Source: Massalongia carnosa (Eukaryota). Taken from it: a stretch of DNA of 64,000 nt. Position 1 is the stretch's first letter. Each line of letters starts with the position of its first letter. Made by a program: the position numbers and the translations under genes. The notes beneath the pieces are model-generated. The model had not been told where the DNA came from and made no database searches. It saw only the letters and a list, made by a program, of their open reading frames with translations. Shown here piece after piece: positions 36,147 through 48,899 of this stretch. Location: positions 3,472,001-3,536,000 of the forward strand of contig OZ287068.1 of assembly GCA_965645245.1 (NCBI GenBank), read 5' to 3'.

Positions 36147-37450
36147 CTATCCCCATTTCCCCAGCAAGCAAATCAACACCATGCCCAGGATCAGCGATGC
36201 CATGGCCACGACGGTCTTGACAACGCCGGTGTGCGCCAGCTCGCCGTGTAGCCAGTCATGGCTCCACATGTTCACGAAGGCGACCCACGCCAGGACCCTC
36301 GCGGACACGGCGCCCAGGGTGCTGATGACGACGATGAAGAGCAAGATGAAGCCTAAGTCACCGGCGACGACGAGGGTGACGCCAATGCCTGCGTGGACAA
36401 GTGAGATAGGTGGTTCGATGAAAAGAGAATGACGAATGACTTGCTAATGGAGCGGCTGATGATGCCGCCTTTCATGACCGCGACGCTGAGCTTGATATCA
36501 GGTTGCGTTAGTCCATGGTGTCCCACCGCGGCGAGATTGTGAGAGGCTCTGTTCTGTAATGATGCTCCATCGATTGTCGCTCCGATCTCGCCAGGCTCCA
36601 TGGCATCATACTTGATTTGGACGCTCTTTCGATTGTGTCGAGAGACGAACCTGTTTCCAAGATATTCGATCAGAAACGATAGGAAAGCCCCGGCCATGAC
36701 GAGCGCCGTGATCGTTGTCTGATACGAGAGCACGCCGAGACAAGAGTTGGCAAATATCAGTTGCGCATGAGTCATCAACTGCGTACCACCCATCTCAGCA
36801 TATTCGATCCCTTGGAGGCAGGCAAGCTACCTACATGAATGAAAGCTGTAGTAAAGTTGTAGCAAAAATCACCCGGGTCCCGAACTGCTTGATTATCATG
36901 GAGATGATGCCAGTTCTTTGCAGCTTCAGAAATCGATTCAGGGGAATTGGGCCAAAGACGGCTGGAAAGATAACCGTCGCTCGAATCGATGGATGAGAGT
37001 TTTTCTCTATCGATCGAGCTGGTGGCCAGAATGACGAACAGAGTGTCGATGCGTAGACCTACGTTGTAACTGCGCCGCCAAAGCTCACGGCGTGGAGTGT
37101 CCCCCGCTTGGCTCTCCGAAACGCCGACTCCAATACAATGTCTAAGATGCTTAGAAACGAGTCTCGCAGACGTGACGATGAGATCATACCTAATATTGAA
37201 GTGGAAATGACAGGTTTCTTCACGGGTTTCTGAGAGCCTCGATGGGGGGGCTCGCTTCCCGAGCAGCTCTCATGACGATTATCAACACATCTTCGCCTTC
37301 GGAATTGACGCAAAACATGAGCTGAGCCGAGCCGTCAGTTTGAAGAGTCCGCTTGGTGCCGAGCTCGAGAGCAGGCGAGGACAGCGACTGACCGGTCGGC
37401 GTCATGGCCATGGCAGTCGGTCTATTGGGCTGGCGGCTCCCCAGTCTGCA
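36147..37450 (-). pseudogene. ZIP-family zinc transporter pseudogene (Zrt1/ZrfC-like) with frameshifts and an internal deletion
   Basis: KQFGTRVIFAT, THAQLIFANSCLG.L.Y..T.TALVMAG.FLSFLIEY, LSVAVMKGGIISRSI (decayed EAGIIFHS), MWSHDWLHGEL..LLGKW. Confidence 0.8.
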
Positions 37451-38746
37451 TGACGATGGTTGAGATGATGACTTCCTCTTTGTCCCTCCACAGAGGACGG
37501 AATGAGAAGTGATTGATCTTCGATGGAGACGATTTCTCGGGAAGATCCTGTAGCTCGAGATAAAGGAGCAATCCTGCAATATTATGCTTATGTCCGCGGT
37601 AGTCGTTCTGGCTCCTACTTTGAAGCAGATTCCATTTAGAGATAGCACGCGAGAAGCCTTCTTTGCTGCAGGGAATTCGATATCCGAATCCTCGGTGTTT
37701 TCGTGGTCAAGAACATCTTCATTTCAACGAAAACATCACATAGGGTGGTGGATTGGTTTCGTGAGGGGAAAAGGGAGACGGTGGGGTTGAATCTTCTTCA
37801 TGCCAGCGTTGAAAGTGGTAAGATGATGATCCACTTGACGGAAATTTCGTGGTGTGAAGATCACTCTCGAGATTGTCCGTACGGTTTGCTTGGGCAGGAT
37901 ACATAGGTAGGAGTCCATCTGTCGGCCTGTCGCAGAGTCGTGTTCAATCACATCGAATTGTTGTCGAGGGTAAATTAAAGCTGAAACATGAAGGCGAAAG
38001 GCTTGATGCATTTGGGATCGAGAGGCGCACGATGCTCGATCGCGCACGCAAAGTTCGATCGTCGACGAGACTCGACCTAGAGTAATCGACATGGCTGGGC
38101 CTCAGAGGTTGGCTGGACCCGGTGACGATCGTACGGTCGCGGTGATTGGAGAATCGTGAAGCCGTAGGAAATGAGACGGGGCGAGTTGCGTTGAATGGCC
38201 GAAAATGCTGGAGACTGTCGAAGGAAAAACGGGCCGCTATAAGTAGTGGAGAAGATGAGAAAATATTCAAGCGGCGACGTGGTCGCCGTGCGATTTAACC
38301 GTCAATCTTAACACGCCATGCCCGTTCCGGTTAGATGGGTCCCGATGGGGCAATTCGCCAACACGAAGTTTACCTATGTCTCGCCTTCAATCTTTAGACG
38401 GTGTGCAATTGCTGGAGAGAATAGAGCTGAGCGATATCAACAAAAAACCTCACATAAATCTTCAACAGGCGAGAAAAGAACTTGAAATCTTTTCCGATAA
38501 CACCTTGACTTCTTGGACTCTTCGGTTTAATGCGAGACGCCAGAATGCTTGTTTTACTCCCAGGTTCAATTAAAGGTTGAAGGTTCATGGATCTATCAAA
38601 ATAGCATCTGCGATTGCCCTAGATGAATCATTGAGATTAGGCTAAAGACTTATCGCATTGAGCCTAGGGTTTGATTCATTAATTAGCGATGTTGAGTTTC
38701 ACCGTTCCATCCTAGCCGCTTTTACTCTAGTGGCGATCTTAATCCA

Positions 38747-40992
38747 TCTATATAGTACTGAATTACCGTTTAATGCGGAGAGGACGTCGTGCGGACAGGA
38801 CCAAAAACTCCCCTCTTGCCTCCACCGTACCGGACCGTTTCACTTCGTCAAACTTGGTAGATCAACTGATCCTGTGGATATCAATCCGTATCGCGAAAAC
38901 TACGTTCTTTTACGCCCGTTGTGGGCCGTGAGAGGTGGTCGTTATTTGAGGTTTTCATGTTTTGATGTTCCCGAAAACCGCGCTATATCCGTCCGTCTAA
39001 CGAACTTGCAAAAAACCTCGATTCGGTTTAACGTTGACTCGATGTAGTTTAGTGTCGATTATGTCAACATTATTATTGTTTTGTTAACGCGTTGCTATTT
39101 CATCATTTACTTCATCATATGCTTTATCTATTTCATAATTTATTTCAATTATCATTAATTACTGCCTACTCAATGATTTTAGTGGTGGACACAAGGTGGT
39201 CTGGCAGGTGGACAAAAGGTGGTCTGGGTGATAGACAAAAAGAGGTCTGGGTAATAGACAAAAGATGGTCTGGCAGGTGGACAATAGGTGGTCTGGGTGA
39301 TAGACAAAAGGTTGTCTGGGTGCTAGACAAAAGATGGTCTAGGTGATAGACAAAAGGTAGTCTGGGTGGCTGGGTGATAGACAAAAGGTGGTCGGGCAGG
39401 TGGTCTGGCAGGTAGACAAAAGGTGTTCTGGGTGATAGACAAAAGGAGGTCTGGGTAATAGACAAAAGATGGTCTAGCAGGTGGACAAAAGTTGGTCTGG
39501 GTGATAGACAAAAGGTTGTCTGGGTGCTAGACAAAAGATGGTCTGGGTAATAGACAAAAGGTGGTCTGGGTGGCTGGGTAACAGAGAAAAGGTGGTCGGG
39601 CAGGTGGTCTGGCAGGTTGTCTGGAGGATTATCAAAAGGTGATATAAGTGATGGACAAAAGTTGGTCTTGCTGGTGGACAAAAGGTGATATTAGCGGTGG
39701 ACAAAAGGTGATCTGGCAGGTAGAAAAAAGGTGGTCTGGGTGATAGACCGAAGGTAGTCTGGCAGGTGGTCTGGATTATTATCAAAAGTTGATATGAGGG
39801 ATTGATAAAAGGTGGTCTGACTGGTGGACAAAAGGTTGTCTGGCAGGAGGACAAAAGATTGTCTGGCAGGTGGACAAAAGGTGGTCTGGCAGGTGGTCTG
39901 GACGATGATCAAAAGGTGATATGAGGGGTGGACAAAAGGTGTTCTGGCAGGTAGACAAAATGTGGCCTGACAGGTGGACAACGGGTTATATTAGTAGTGG
40001 ACAAAAGGTGGTCTAGATGATGGACAAAAGGTGGTCAAAAGGTAGTCAAAAGGTTTTCTGGACGATGGACAAAAGGTGATCTGGGTGATGAACAAAGGAT
40101 GGCCTGACAGGTGAAAAAAGGTTATTAGTGGTGGACAGAATAGGTCTGGGTGATAATCAGAAGTTGGTCAAGACGATGAACAAAAGATGATATGGATGAT
40201 GGACAAAAGATGATATGGACGATTGACAAAAGATGATCTGACAGGTGGACAAAAGATGATATAGGAGGTGGAAAAAGGGGGTTTGAATATTGATCAAAAG
40301 GTGGTCTGAGTGATGGTCAAAAGGTGGTCTTGCAGGTGGACAAAAGATGATATAAACGTTGGTAAATAGATGATATGAGTGATGGACAAAAGATAATATG
40401 AATAGTAGTCAAAGAGGGTCTGAATTATGGACAAAAGGTGATCTGGGTGATGATTAAAAGGTGGTCTGGACGATGATCTGTCAGTTGATCTGGACGATGG
40501 ACAGAAGATAGTCTGGAGGGGGGACAAAAAGTAATACGGGTGACGATCAAAGTGTGATCGGGGTAGTGGTCAAAAGGTGGTCAGGACGGTGATCAAGAGA
40601 TGGTTTGGATGGTTCACATAAGGTGGTCTAGATGGTAGATAAACGGTGTTCTGGGTAGCAGACAAAAAAATATCGAGGTGGAATTTTCAGGGAAAAAAGG
40701 GAGGCTATTTGAAAAGCGGCAGAGACTATTTGAAGGCTATTTAGGAGCTAGATGTGGGGCCTTATTACAATCAGCGGAGGCTATCTAGGAGACTATTTGA
40801 AAGATGCTTTGACAGATGCTTTGGCGGGTGTCAAGGAGGAGATTGCGCAGGGCCGTTGCGGAGCGAAGCGGAGCAGGTCCGGAGCAGAAATCCGAGATAT
40901 TTTGAGATTCGCATGAAAAAATAGCAAGCCAAATAGGAAGCAAATGAAAAGTAGTAGCAAATTAATCTCAGGTCTGAGATGGCACAGTCTCG
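38747..40992 (+). mobile_element. Non-autonomous Helitron containing a minisatellite
   Basis: Starts A|TCTATATAGTACT. First ~360 bp homologous to 40993-41350. Ends with hairpin ATCTCAG-GT-CTGAGAT (40965-40980) plus GGCACAGTCTCG. Confidence 0.82.
39182..40670 (+). repeat. G-rich minisatellite of ~23-bp units (GGTGGTCTGGGTGATAGACAAAA / GGTGGTCTGGCAGGTGGACAAAA and variants)
   Basis: Dozens of GACAAAAG-anchored units, more degenerate toward the 3' side. Confidence 0.93.
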
Positions 40993-43900
40993 TCTATATA
41001 GTACTGAAGTAGTAATAATGCGGAGAGGACGTCGTGCGGATAGGACCAAAAATTCCCCTCTTGCCTCCACCGTATTACATCGTTTTACTTCGTAAAACTT
41101 GGTAAATCAATTGATCCCATAGATATAAGTCCGTATCGCGAAAACTACGTTCTTTTACGTTCGTTGTGGTCTGCGAGAGGTGGTCGTTGTTCGCGTTTTT
41201 CATGTTTTAATGTTCCGGAAAACCACGCTAAATCCGTCCGTTCAATGAACCTGCGAAAACCCTCGATTCGGTTTAACGTAGTCTTAATTGGGTTAACGAT
41301 AATCTTTACGGAGTACACCAACGCGTTATTTCATTTCGTGTTTGTATTCATTTACAATTATCTGATCTCTTCAAACCAACAGCAACGACTACCGCTATGT
41401 CTTTGCAGCCTAGCTCTTCTCCGCGAGAAATCGTTTCTCGACTTCCCATTCCGTTACGTCAATCGTGTTCTCCCCGTAGACCCCATAATGAAGTGAGTTC
41501 TCCGGAAAATCCTCCCGCAAAACGCGTTCGTCTTATCTTACGACCACCGAAACGTTCTGTTCGTCTTTTCCTGCGTCCGCCTGCTCCTCTAAGAAGTTCG
41601 ATTGTATCTCCTGTCACTTCTCCGTCTTTGCAGAGTTCGCCTGATAGTTCAATGACGAATTCCGTTTCTCCCGTATCATCGGCTTTCCATTCGCCAAGTC
41701 CGCCAAATCGAAATGATTTGGAGTTGGAAAATCCGAACATTTGGGAAGAAATGCTGCTCAACGAAGCAGAAGCGGGTCAGGACAATCACAACCGAGCTCG
41801 CGGTTCCGAAAGGTCGAGTTTCGGACATATTTCTCCATCCGTTGTGAGTTCCAGGCCTGTTTCTCTACCTGCTAATCTATGTGAATCACGAGGTAACCGT
41901 CGAACACGTCGTCGCGAGCGGACTATTGCAGCCCGTGATCGTGCGGCTGCAAATCGTGACTTTCCTGCCGCATTTAAATGTCAGTACACCTTGGAATCCG
42001 CGATACAACGAGTTCAACATATGACAGATTATTGCAGACACTGCGGTGCGTGGCATTGGGAAACGGAAGCTGTTCAGAGTGACAGAAGACGAGATCGAGT
42101 ATACGAATCCTGTTGCAAGCGAGGTGATGTGGTGCTACCACCGTTTCGGCCTCCTCCTGATTTTTTGCGGCAACTGTTAATCGGAGAAAATTCTCGAGGT
42201 CGTGCATTTCGCAAAAATCTGCGGAAATACAACTCCGCGTTGACATTTACCTCCGTAAATTATAAGCCTGATCGTCGACTCCCTCGCAATCGGCGTAGTC
42301 CGATATGTTTTCAAATTCATGGAGAATTATATCATTTGCAAAGTCCTTTTGACCCCGTTGATGATTCACCTCGCTTTGCTCAATTTTTTTTTTACGATCG
42401 CGCCGAAGCAACTGCATTTCGTACTCGACAACACGCAGAATGGGATCCAGATATTGTGCGACGATTGACAGATATGTTGCATGATTTGAGCCCCTTTATC
42501 GGACTCTACAAGACCGCCAGCGAGGCCTTACGAGAGAATGCGGCCACTACCGATGATTTGCGAATTGTTCTCAATCCGCAAATGCGATTGATCATGGAAG
42601 CGGGGGCGGATCGACGACGCAGTAATCTTCCCACCAGCGACGAGATTGCCGGTATTATTCCTGATGAATACGGAGAAACTCGCAAACGCGATATAATTTT
42701 AACGGAACGTGTTGCAGGAGTTACGGGAACTTCTTTGAAGCGGATTGATCAAAATCATGCGGCTTATATGCCTTTACATTACGTTCTTTTATTTCCGCAT
42801 GGCGAACATGGCTGGGATTGGAGTATGCGGCTTCGGTCCAATGCTAGAGAAAGAGAACGAGATCGTTTATGTCAACGGGCCTTTTACAGATATCGTTTGC
42901 ACACCCATCGAAATGAATTCTCTATAATGCATCATTGTCAGCGATTGTTTCAACAATATTTAGTTGATGCGTGGGCCAGTTGCGATCTTAATAAACTGCA
43001 ATGGTTACGTGAAAATCAAAAAACGATTAGAGCGGAGCTGTATAACGGACTCGCGGACAGTTTGCGGCGGGATGAAGTCGATTCTGCAGCGACGTTAAGA
43101 AAGCGATTTATTCTTCCTTCCACATATACGGGCGGAGATCGGTTCATGCAGCAATTGTTTCAGGACAGTATGGCCTTGGTTCGTCATTTTGGGCGGCCGG
43201 ATTTGTTTATTACGTTTACCGCAAATCCTAACTGGCCGGAAATCAAGGAAGCATTAAAGGACTTTCCTAGACAAACCACAACGGATCGACCGGACATGTG
43301 GCACGCGCTTTTCGACTGCGACAGAGCAGTTTGTTGAAGGAATTGAAAAAGGACAACATTTTCGGTCGATTTCGCGGATATGTATGGAACATCGAATATC
43401 AAAAACGAGGATCACCGCATATGCATTTGCTGTTATTTCTACATCCGCATGATCGTTTTATGGATGCGGATCCTATTGATCAAATAATTTCCGCCGAACT
43501 GCCAGATCCTGCTCTTGATACGGATGGAAGTTTAAGACAGATCATCATTAAACAAATGGTTTACGGTCCTTGCGGAGCTGCAATGCCTACCGCGTCCTGT
43601 ATGCAAACCGAATCCGGATCTCCCACCTGTCCCAAGCGTTATCCTCGCCAGTTTCAGGAAACAACTGTTGTTGAAGAGGACGGTTATCCGATATATCGTC
43701 GCCGCAATGATGGTCGTACCTGGGAGGTTCCGATGAGTGGTGGTCGGGTTTTTCGTCGCGACAATCGCTGGGTGGTTCCGTATAATCCGTATCTTTCTCG
43801 CAAATATGAAGCTCATATTAATGTCGAGGTCTACGCGACCGTCAAAGCGGTTAAATATATTCATAAATATATTTACAAAGGCGAAGATCGAGCTACTGTG

Positions 43901-46431
43901 TAGATTGACGGATTTGACGACGAAATCGCGAGACATTTAAACGGTCGTTATATCGGTCCCACTCAAGCCGCATAGCAGTTGTGGGAGTATCCTTCGCACG
44001 AGGAGTTTCCTGCGGTTTATCATCTTCCGATTCATTTGCCGGATCAACAGTCCGTATATTTCAATGCGGATGCGGATCTTATTGATCTGCATAACACTTT
44101 AAACAGATTCGTTTCAAAATTAATGGTATTTTTCGAGTATAACAGACTTCATGACGACGGTCGCGACTTGTTGTATCAAGATTTTCCGAATCATTTCGTT
44201 TGGGAACCCAAGAAAAAATGTTGGCAATCTGGACAACGTGGGTTCGCGGTTGGTCGTATTTATGCCTGCAGTCCTATGGCGGGCGAGAAATATTATTCAC
44301 GGATGCTGTTGACTGTTGTGCCTGGACCGCAATCATTTGAGAATCTTCGCACTGTTGACGGAGTGATTTATGCAAGTTTTCAAGCCGCTTGCAGTGCCCG
44401 AGGTTTGTTGGAAGATAATCAGGAATGGTTCAGTTGTTCTGCGGAAGCTGTGCGATTTTCTTCTGGACATTCATTGCGGGCGTTATTTGGAACAGCTTTA
44501 GTTCACGGACGTGTTACGGATCCCACGGCCTTAAGGAATCGATACGCGAACGATATATGTGACGATTTGCCTCATCGATTACGATCTATGATTGATATCC
44601 CTGACGATTTAACGACTCCGCATTTGGATTACGGACTGTATTTATTAAATAAAGTTCTTTCGGATTTGGGGAAATTTCTGCAGGATTTTAATATGCCTTT
44701 GTTTGTACATGTTTGGGGTCGGAGTACTGGAAATCCATTAATTGCGGGTGAAATGACTTACGATTTCAATGAAGAACCGACGTTACGAAATGAACGATAT
44801 ACTCAACTGAATGCGGATCAGAAATACTGTTTTGATACCATTGTTGCGGGAGTTAGAGATTATTCTAGAACAGCGCATTTTTTTGTTCATGGACCTGCAG
44901 GAACAGGTAAGACTTTTTTATATAAGACTCTTTGCAATCATTTTCGGGCGGAGAATAAAATCGTTCTTCGCGTTGCGTCTTCCGGCATTGCGGCTTTACT
45001 TCTTCCTGGCGGATAGACTTCACATTCCCGTTTTAAAATTCCTTTGATTTTAAATGAGGACAGCATGTGTAATATCACCCGCAACATGCATTTACACGGT
45101 CTTTTGCAACGCATAACATTAATCATTTGGGATGAGGTGCCAATGCAATACGGACCTATTAGGCAATGACGATCTTTTCGGAGGTATTCCGATGGTGTTA
45201 GGCGGAGATTTCGCTTAAATCTTGCCTGTTGTTCTCCGTGGAAATCGGCAAGCCATCGTTGCGGCGAACATTCAAAAAACTTTTCTGAGGCCACGATTTC
45301 AAAAACTGTTTTTGCGTCAAAACATGCGAATTCATAACGGAGTCGCCAATGATGCGTTTGCGGACTGGATCGGGAAAACGTCTTATGATCCTGCTTTTTA
45401 CGGTCGTGTTGAGCTACCGGAACAAGTCAATCAATTGAACAACTTAGACAGTTTCATAGACACCGTTTTTCCTTCGGATCGCATGCGGCAAACTCATCTG
45501 GATGCGGATTTTTTCGCAAGTCGAGCAATTTTGACTTTGCGAAACGATATCGTCGCGGAGTTAAACGGTGCAATACTGAATAAATTGCAGGGCGATTCGC
45601 ACACCTTAAATTCCGTTGATCAAATAGAAAACGATACGGCGCAGGAACGAGGAGACTTTCTTCCTCCCGAGTTTTTACGGACCTTGCAAAAATCGTCTTT
45701 ACCACCTTCACAATTGCAACTGAAACTTAGAGCTCCGATTATTTTGTTGCGGAATTTATATCCCAAACTTGGTCTCTGTAACGGCACCCGATTACGTCTT
45801 ACTCACATTTCGCGGACCTGTCTAGAGGGAAAGATTTTGGGAGGAGAATTCAACGGTGAAACGCGATTAATTCCCCGGATTCTTCTTAATACCACGGAAG
45901 GCGAGTTGCCCTGGATCATAAGTCGCAAACAATTTCCTATACGATTCTGCTTTGCTATGACTGTCAACAAGTCGCAAGGTCGATCATTGGACACGGTAGG
46001 AGTCGATTTGCGAGCTCCTCCTTTTACTCATGGTCAGTTATATGTGGCATTATTTCGAGTTACGGATGTGTCTCGATTGTGTATGTTGTTTTCGGAACGA
46101 AATGACGGAAAAACGGATAACATTGTATATCCGGAAGTAATTCTGCGATCGCAACATGACATGATAACTCATGTTCCTACGAATTCTACTGTAAGTTTAT
46201 GATGATATACGGTATCTATGTCACTTAGAAATTGTAATCAATTGCAAAATAGACAGCAACTTTATTGTGTTATAAAAAATATACCGTTCGGGTAATCAAG
46301 TGTGACAGCTGCGAGTATTAAATTAAATAGATAATACTGTAGTTTTGACTTTACGACCTTTTTCAAATTGTATCGATCGTAAAAACTTGAAAACGGTTCC
46401 AAAATCTCAGTTCTGTAATGGCATAGTCTCG
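40993..46431 (+). mobile_element. Autonomous-type Helitron, decayed
   Basis: 5' TCTATATAGTACT; Rep-helicase; 3' ATCTCAGTTCTGTAATGGCATAGTCTCG|T matching the end of the upstream unit. Confidence 0.9.
41397..46202 (+). pseudogene. Helitron Rep/PIF1 helicase with frameshifts and stops
   Basis: Zn finger CRHC..ESCC; Rep motifs LFITFTANP, EYQKRGSPHMH, YIHKYIYKG; helicase GPAGTGKT, WDEVPM, GGDF, AMTVNKSQG, HGQLYVAL. Lesions near 43295, 43901, 43973, 45014, 45150-45218. Confidence 0.93.
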
Positions 46432-46484
46432 TCATGAGTACTCCGTACTATCACACTAAACCTTACCTGGTCACGCAGGTGACG

Positions 46485-46702
46485 AAATTAAATTTACACC
46501 AAAATTTTCCCCCCCACCAAAATCATCGTGATTTAATGCCTAAAAGTTTGCAAGCAGTGATTGATGATGAAGGCAGAATGGCAGATTATTGATTTAATGA
46601 TTGAAGTTCAAAAAATCATGAAATTAACTAAAAAAACGCTAAGGTTTATAATAGAAAATCCGGTAATTTTGGTGAGGAAAAGTTTCTGTGTAAATCTAAT
46701 TT
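46485..46702 (+). mobile_element. MITE-like Tc1/mariner deletion derivative
   Basis: Imperfect ~37-bp inverted repeats (AAATTAAATTTACAC...CACCAAAAT / ATTTTGGTG...GTGTAAATCTAATTT) around a Tc1 C-terminal remnant MPKSLQAVIDDEGRMADY*. Confidence 0.7.
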
Positions 46703-47503
46703 TGTGCTGGTCCACCTAGGGAAACCGTAGGTGCTATGATCCACGAACCTCTACGTGTCCTGGTCATAACATGACACGAATTTTATCTTCTTATCTAGCT
46801 TGTCTAAATCAGACTGGCAGCTGGCTGATTCAGTAAATAATGTACGTAATTCGGTACATTTCAAGTCCTAATACCGAGACCGAGCGAAGACTGACCAAGG
46901 ATAGCCCATGAAGGCCGGAGAAAAGGGGGGATAATGTTCTTTGACAGTCTTGAGATTTTGGCACCAACCCGCTTCTTGATATCAGGCGTATAGCTAGGTG
47001 GAATCTTCTCCTCATTACAGGTGGGAACCCCAGCGAAATCAGATGTCAGCAGGGGCAGCGACGGGAAGTGAGTTGCCTTATCAAAGATATCAAATGTATA
47101 TTTTCAGTCGTAACGATAGAGCTCACTAATCTCCCTTTTATTAGACTTGATGCATCGAAAGCACTTCCTTTGCGTAGATCTAGAGTTCTTGTCTAGCGTG
47201 CCCTCGCCTGAGCTAAGCAAGAACCTGCTGATTAAATAAATGATGAACATGTTGGATCAATAGATCCAAAATTCTTCTCTAGCCTACGCTCACCTGAACT
47301 AAACAATAGCCTGCTGATCAAGCAAGTAATGAGCGTGGTTTGATCGACTTTTATTCAGCCTTCGACCCCATCCCCTACTTCGCTTTTTACTCTCTCATCT
47401 CCCTTGAGTTTAGATAATTAAATAGACACTGTATTTACTTCTTTATTATTACTTCTAATCAATATCAATTAAATCAAGTTATCTCAGCACAATTCTTGGC
47501 AAA

Positions 47504-48439
47504 ATGTTACATCGAGGAAATCGTAACAAAATGAGGGTCAGAGAGTGTTCACCTTCTACTGAGATATCTTCCCCCCCTCCAGATGTCACACCTCCGCCAG
47601 TATCTACTCCGAAGTCGTCTTCAGAGCACACGGATATACCAGATTCTCCCAAAACACACACGAATTTCAAAGAGTCCTCTTTTCCACTAGATGCCACATC
47701 ATCGTCAGATTCGACTCTGAAGCCGTGTTTGGATCACCCAGATATACCAGACTCTTTCAACATGAACCTGGTTTCCCAAGAGCCAAAAACAAACGAATGG
47801 GGGTCCATTCTCAAGACTTCGCCTAATCTGCTTGCGAACTTAGATTGGGAAAGGACCTACTGGCATCCACTCAATTCGGCAAAAACTATGCAAGTATTCG
47901 GCATCCTGAAGACGGATGAAGCGAAGAGTGTAGCTCAATTCTGGGTGATTGGTTCTATTTTGTATGCCAACCTGGTACAGACCTCTTATCCCACATGGAG
48001 TGTCAAGATCTTGTTAAATGATATCGATCAACAACTCCTCATCGATAAGCTACAGGCTCACTGTATGCTGGGGAAATCTTGGTCGGGAGAGTCGATAGCT
48101 GATTATCTACAAGTCTCGTCCAATAAAGAGCGGGTGAACACGCGAATCGGAATTTTGAAATATGAGGATATTCGTGATAAGATGCGAAGGCTTTGCTAGT
48201 CCGATCGCTTTCCTTTTACCTACGACGGCATGGACGATGAGGATCCAAACCCGGGCCACGAAATAGAAGATTTTATGGCCGGCCAGACTGTAGCGGTTGA
48301 ATTTCAGGTGCACTTTCGGAATTTCCGAACACCCAAAAGACCTGAAGGTGCGGTAGATTACTCGTTCCGTCTTCAGAGCATTTACCTTGTTCGGTGTCTT
48401 CATGGCCCCGATGAGGGTTTGCTTTTGACAAGATTTTAA
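47504..48439 (+). pseudogene. Hypothetical protein with one in-frame TAG (48197-48199); C-terminus possibly OB-fold/SSB-like
   Basis: ORFs 47504..48199 and 48230..48439 are in the same frame: RRLC*SDRFPFTYDG...GQTVAVEFQV...YSFRLQSIYLV. Confidence 0.55.
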
Positions 48440-48899
48440 TCGGTCAATGTTGGTGTTTAACGCTGGAAGTTCGTTGTTTTATATTTGTCTTTTTATTCTT
48501 ATCAGGTATTCCTATAAGTGCCCAGCAAGCGCCCGTGGGACTTACAATAAGCTTACAGATGATAGTCTAGTCTTCTAACAACTGCAAAGTTTCGTACGCT
48601 CCTTCCCTCTTTCCCTCCATGGGTCCGCAGCGACTCTAGCAGTTAGACTAGTCATTGAACTCGCAATCGAATTAGCCATAGGTCAGTTAGTTCAATCTTA
48701 CCTAGGTGCAAATGAATTAGCGAGCAGATCTGTCATCTGCTTTTCTCAATCATCAAATTTCTGAAGCAAGCGCGTGAATATAATATGATCGAACCCAGGC
48801 CACTGCGTGACAGTCTCAATGTCAGCATCCGCTGACACGCTTACCATTGGGCCACAGCTCCGTCTCTGGTTTCTGACCTTATTTGCCATCAAATATCAA

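Noticed and set aside
39166..40527. Minus-strand ORFs with PDHLLS/TTFCLSPR repeats
   Set aside because: Translations of the minisatellite, with frames switching as unit length changes.
39182..40670. CRISPR-like or telomeric array
   Set aside because: No unique spacers, eukaryotic context, no TTAGGG units, and the array lies within Helitron ends.
27718..48199. TAG stops (27718, 30366, 43973, 48197) as A-to-I editing sites
   Set aside because: Most of these genes also have frameshifts and similar stops occur in dead TEs, so ordinary decay is simpler. Only 48197 remains open.
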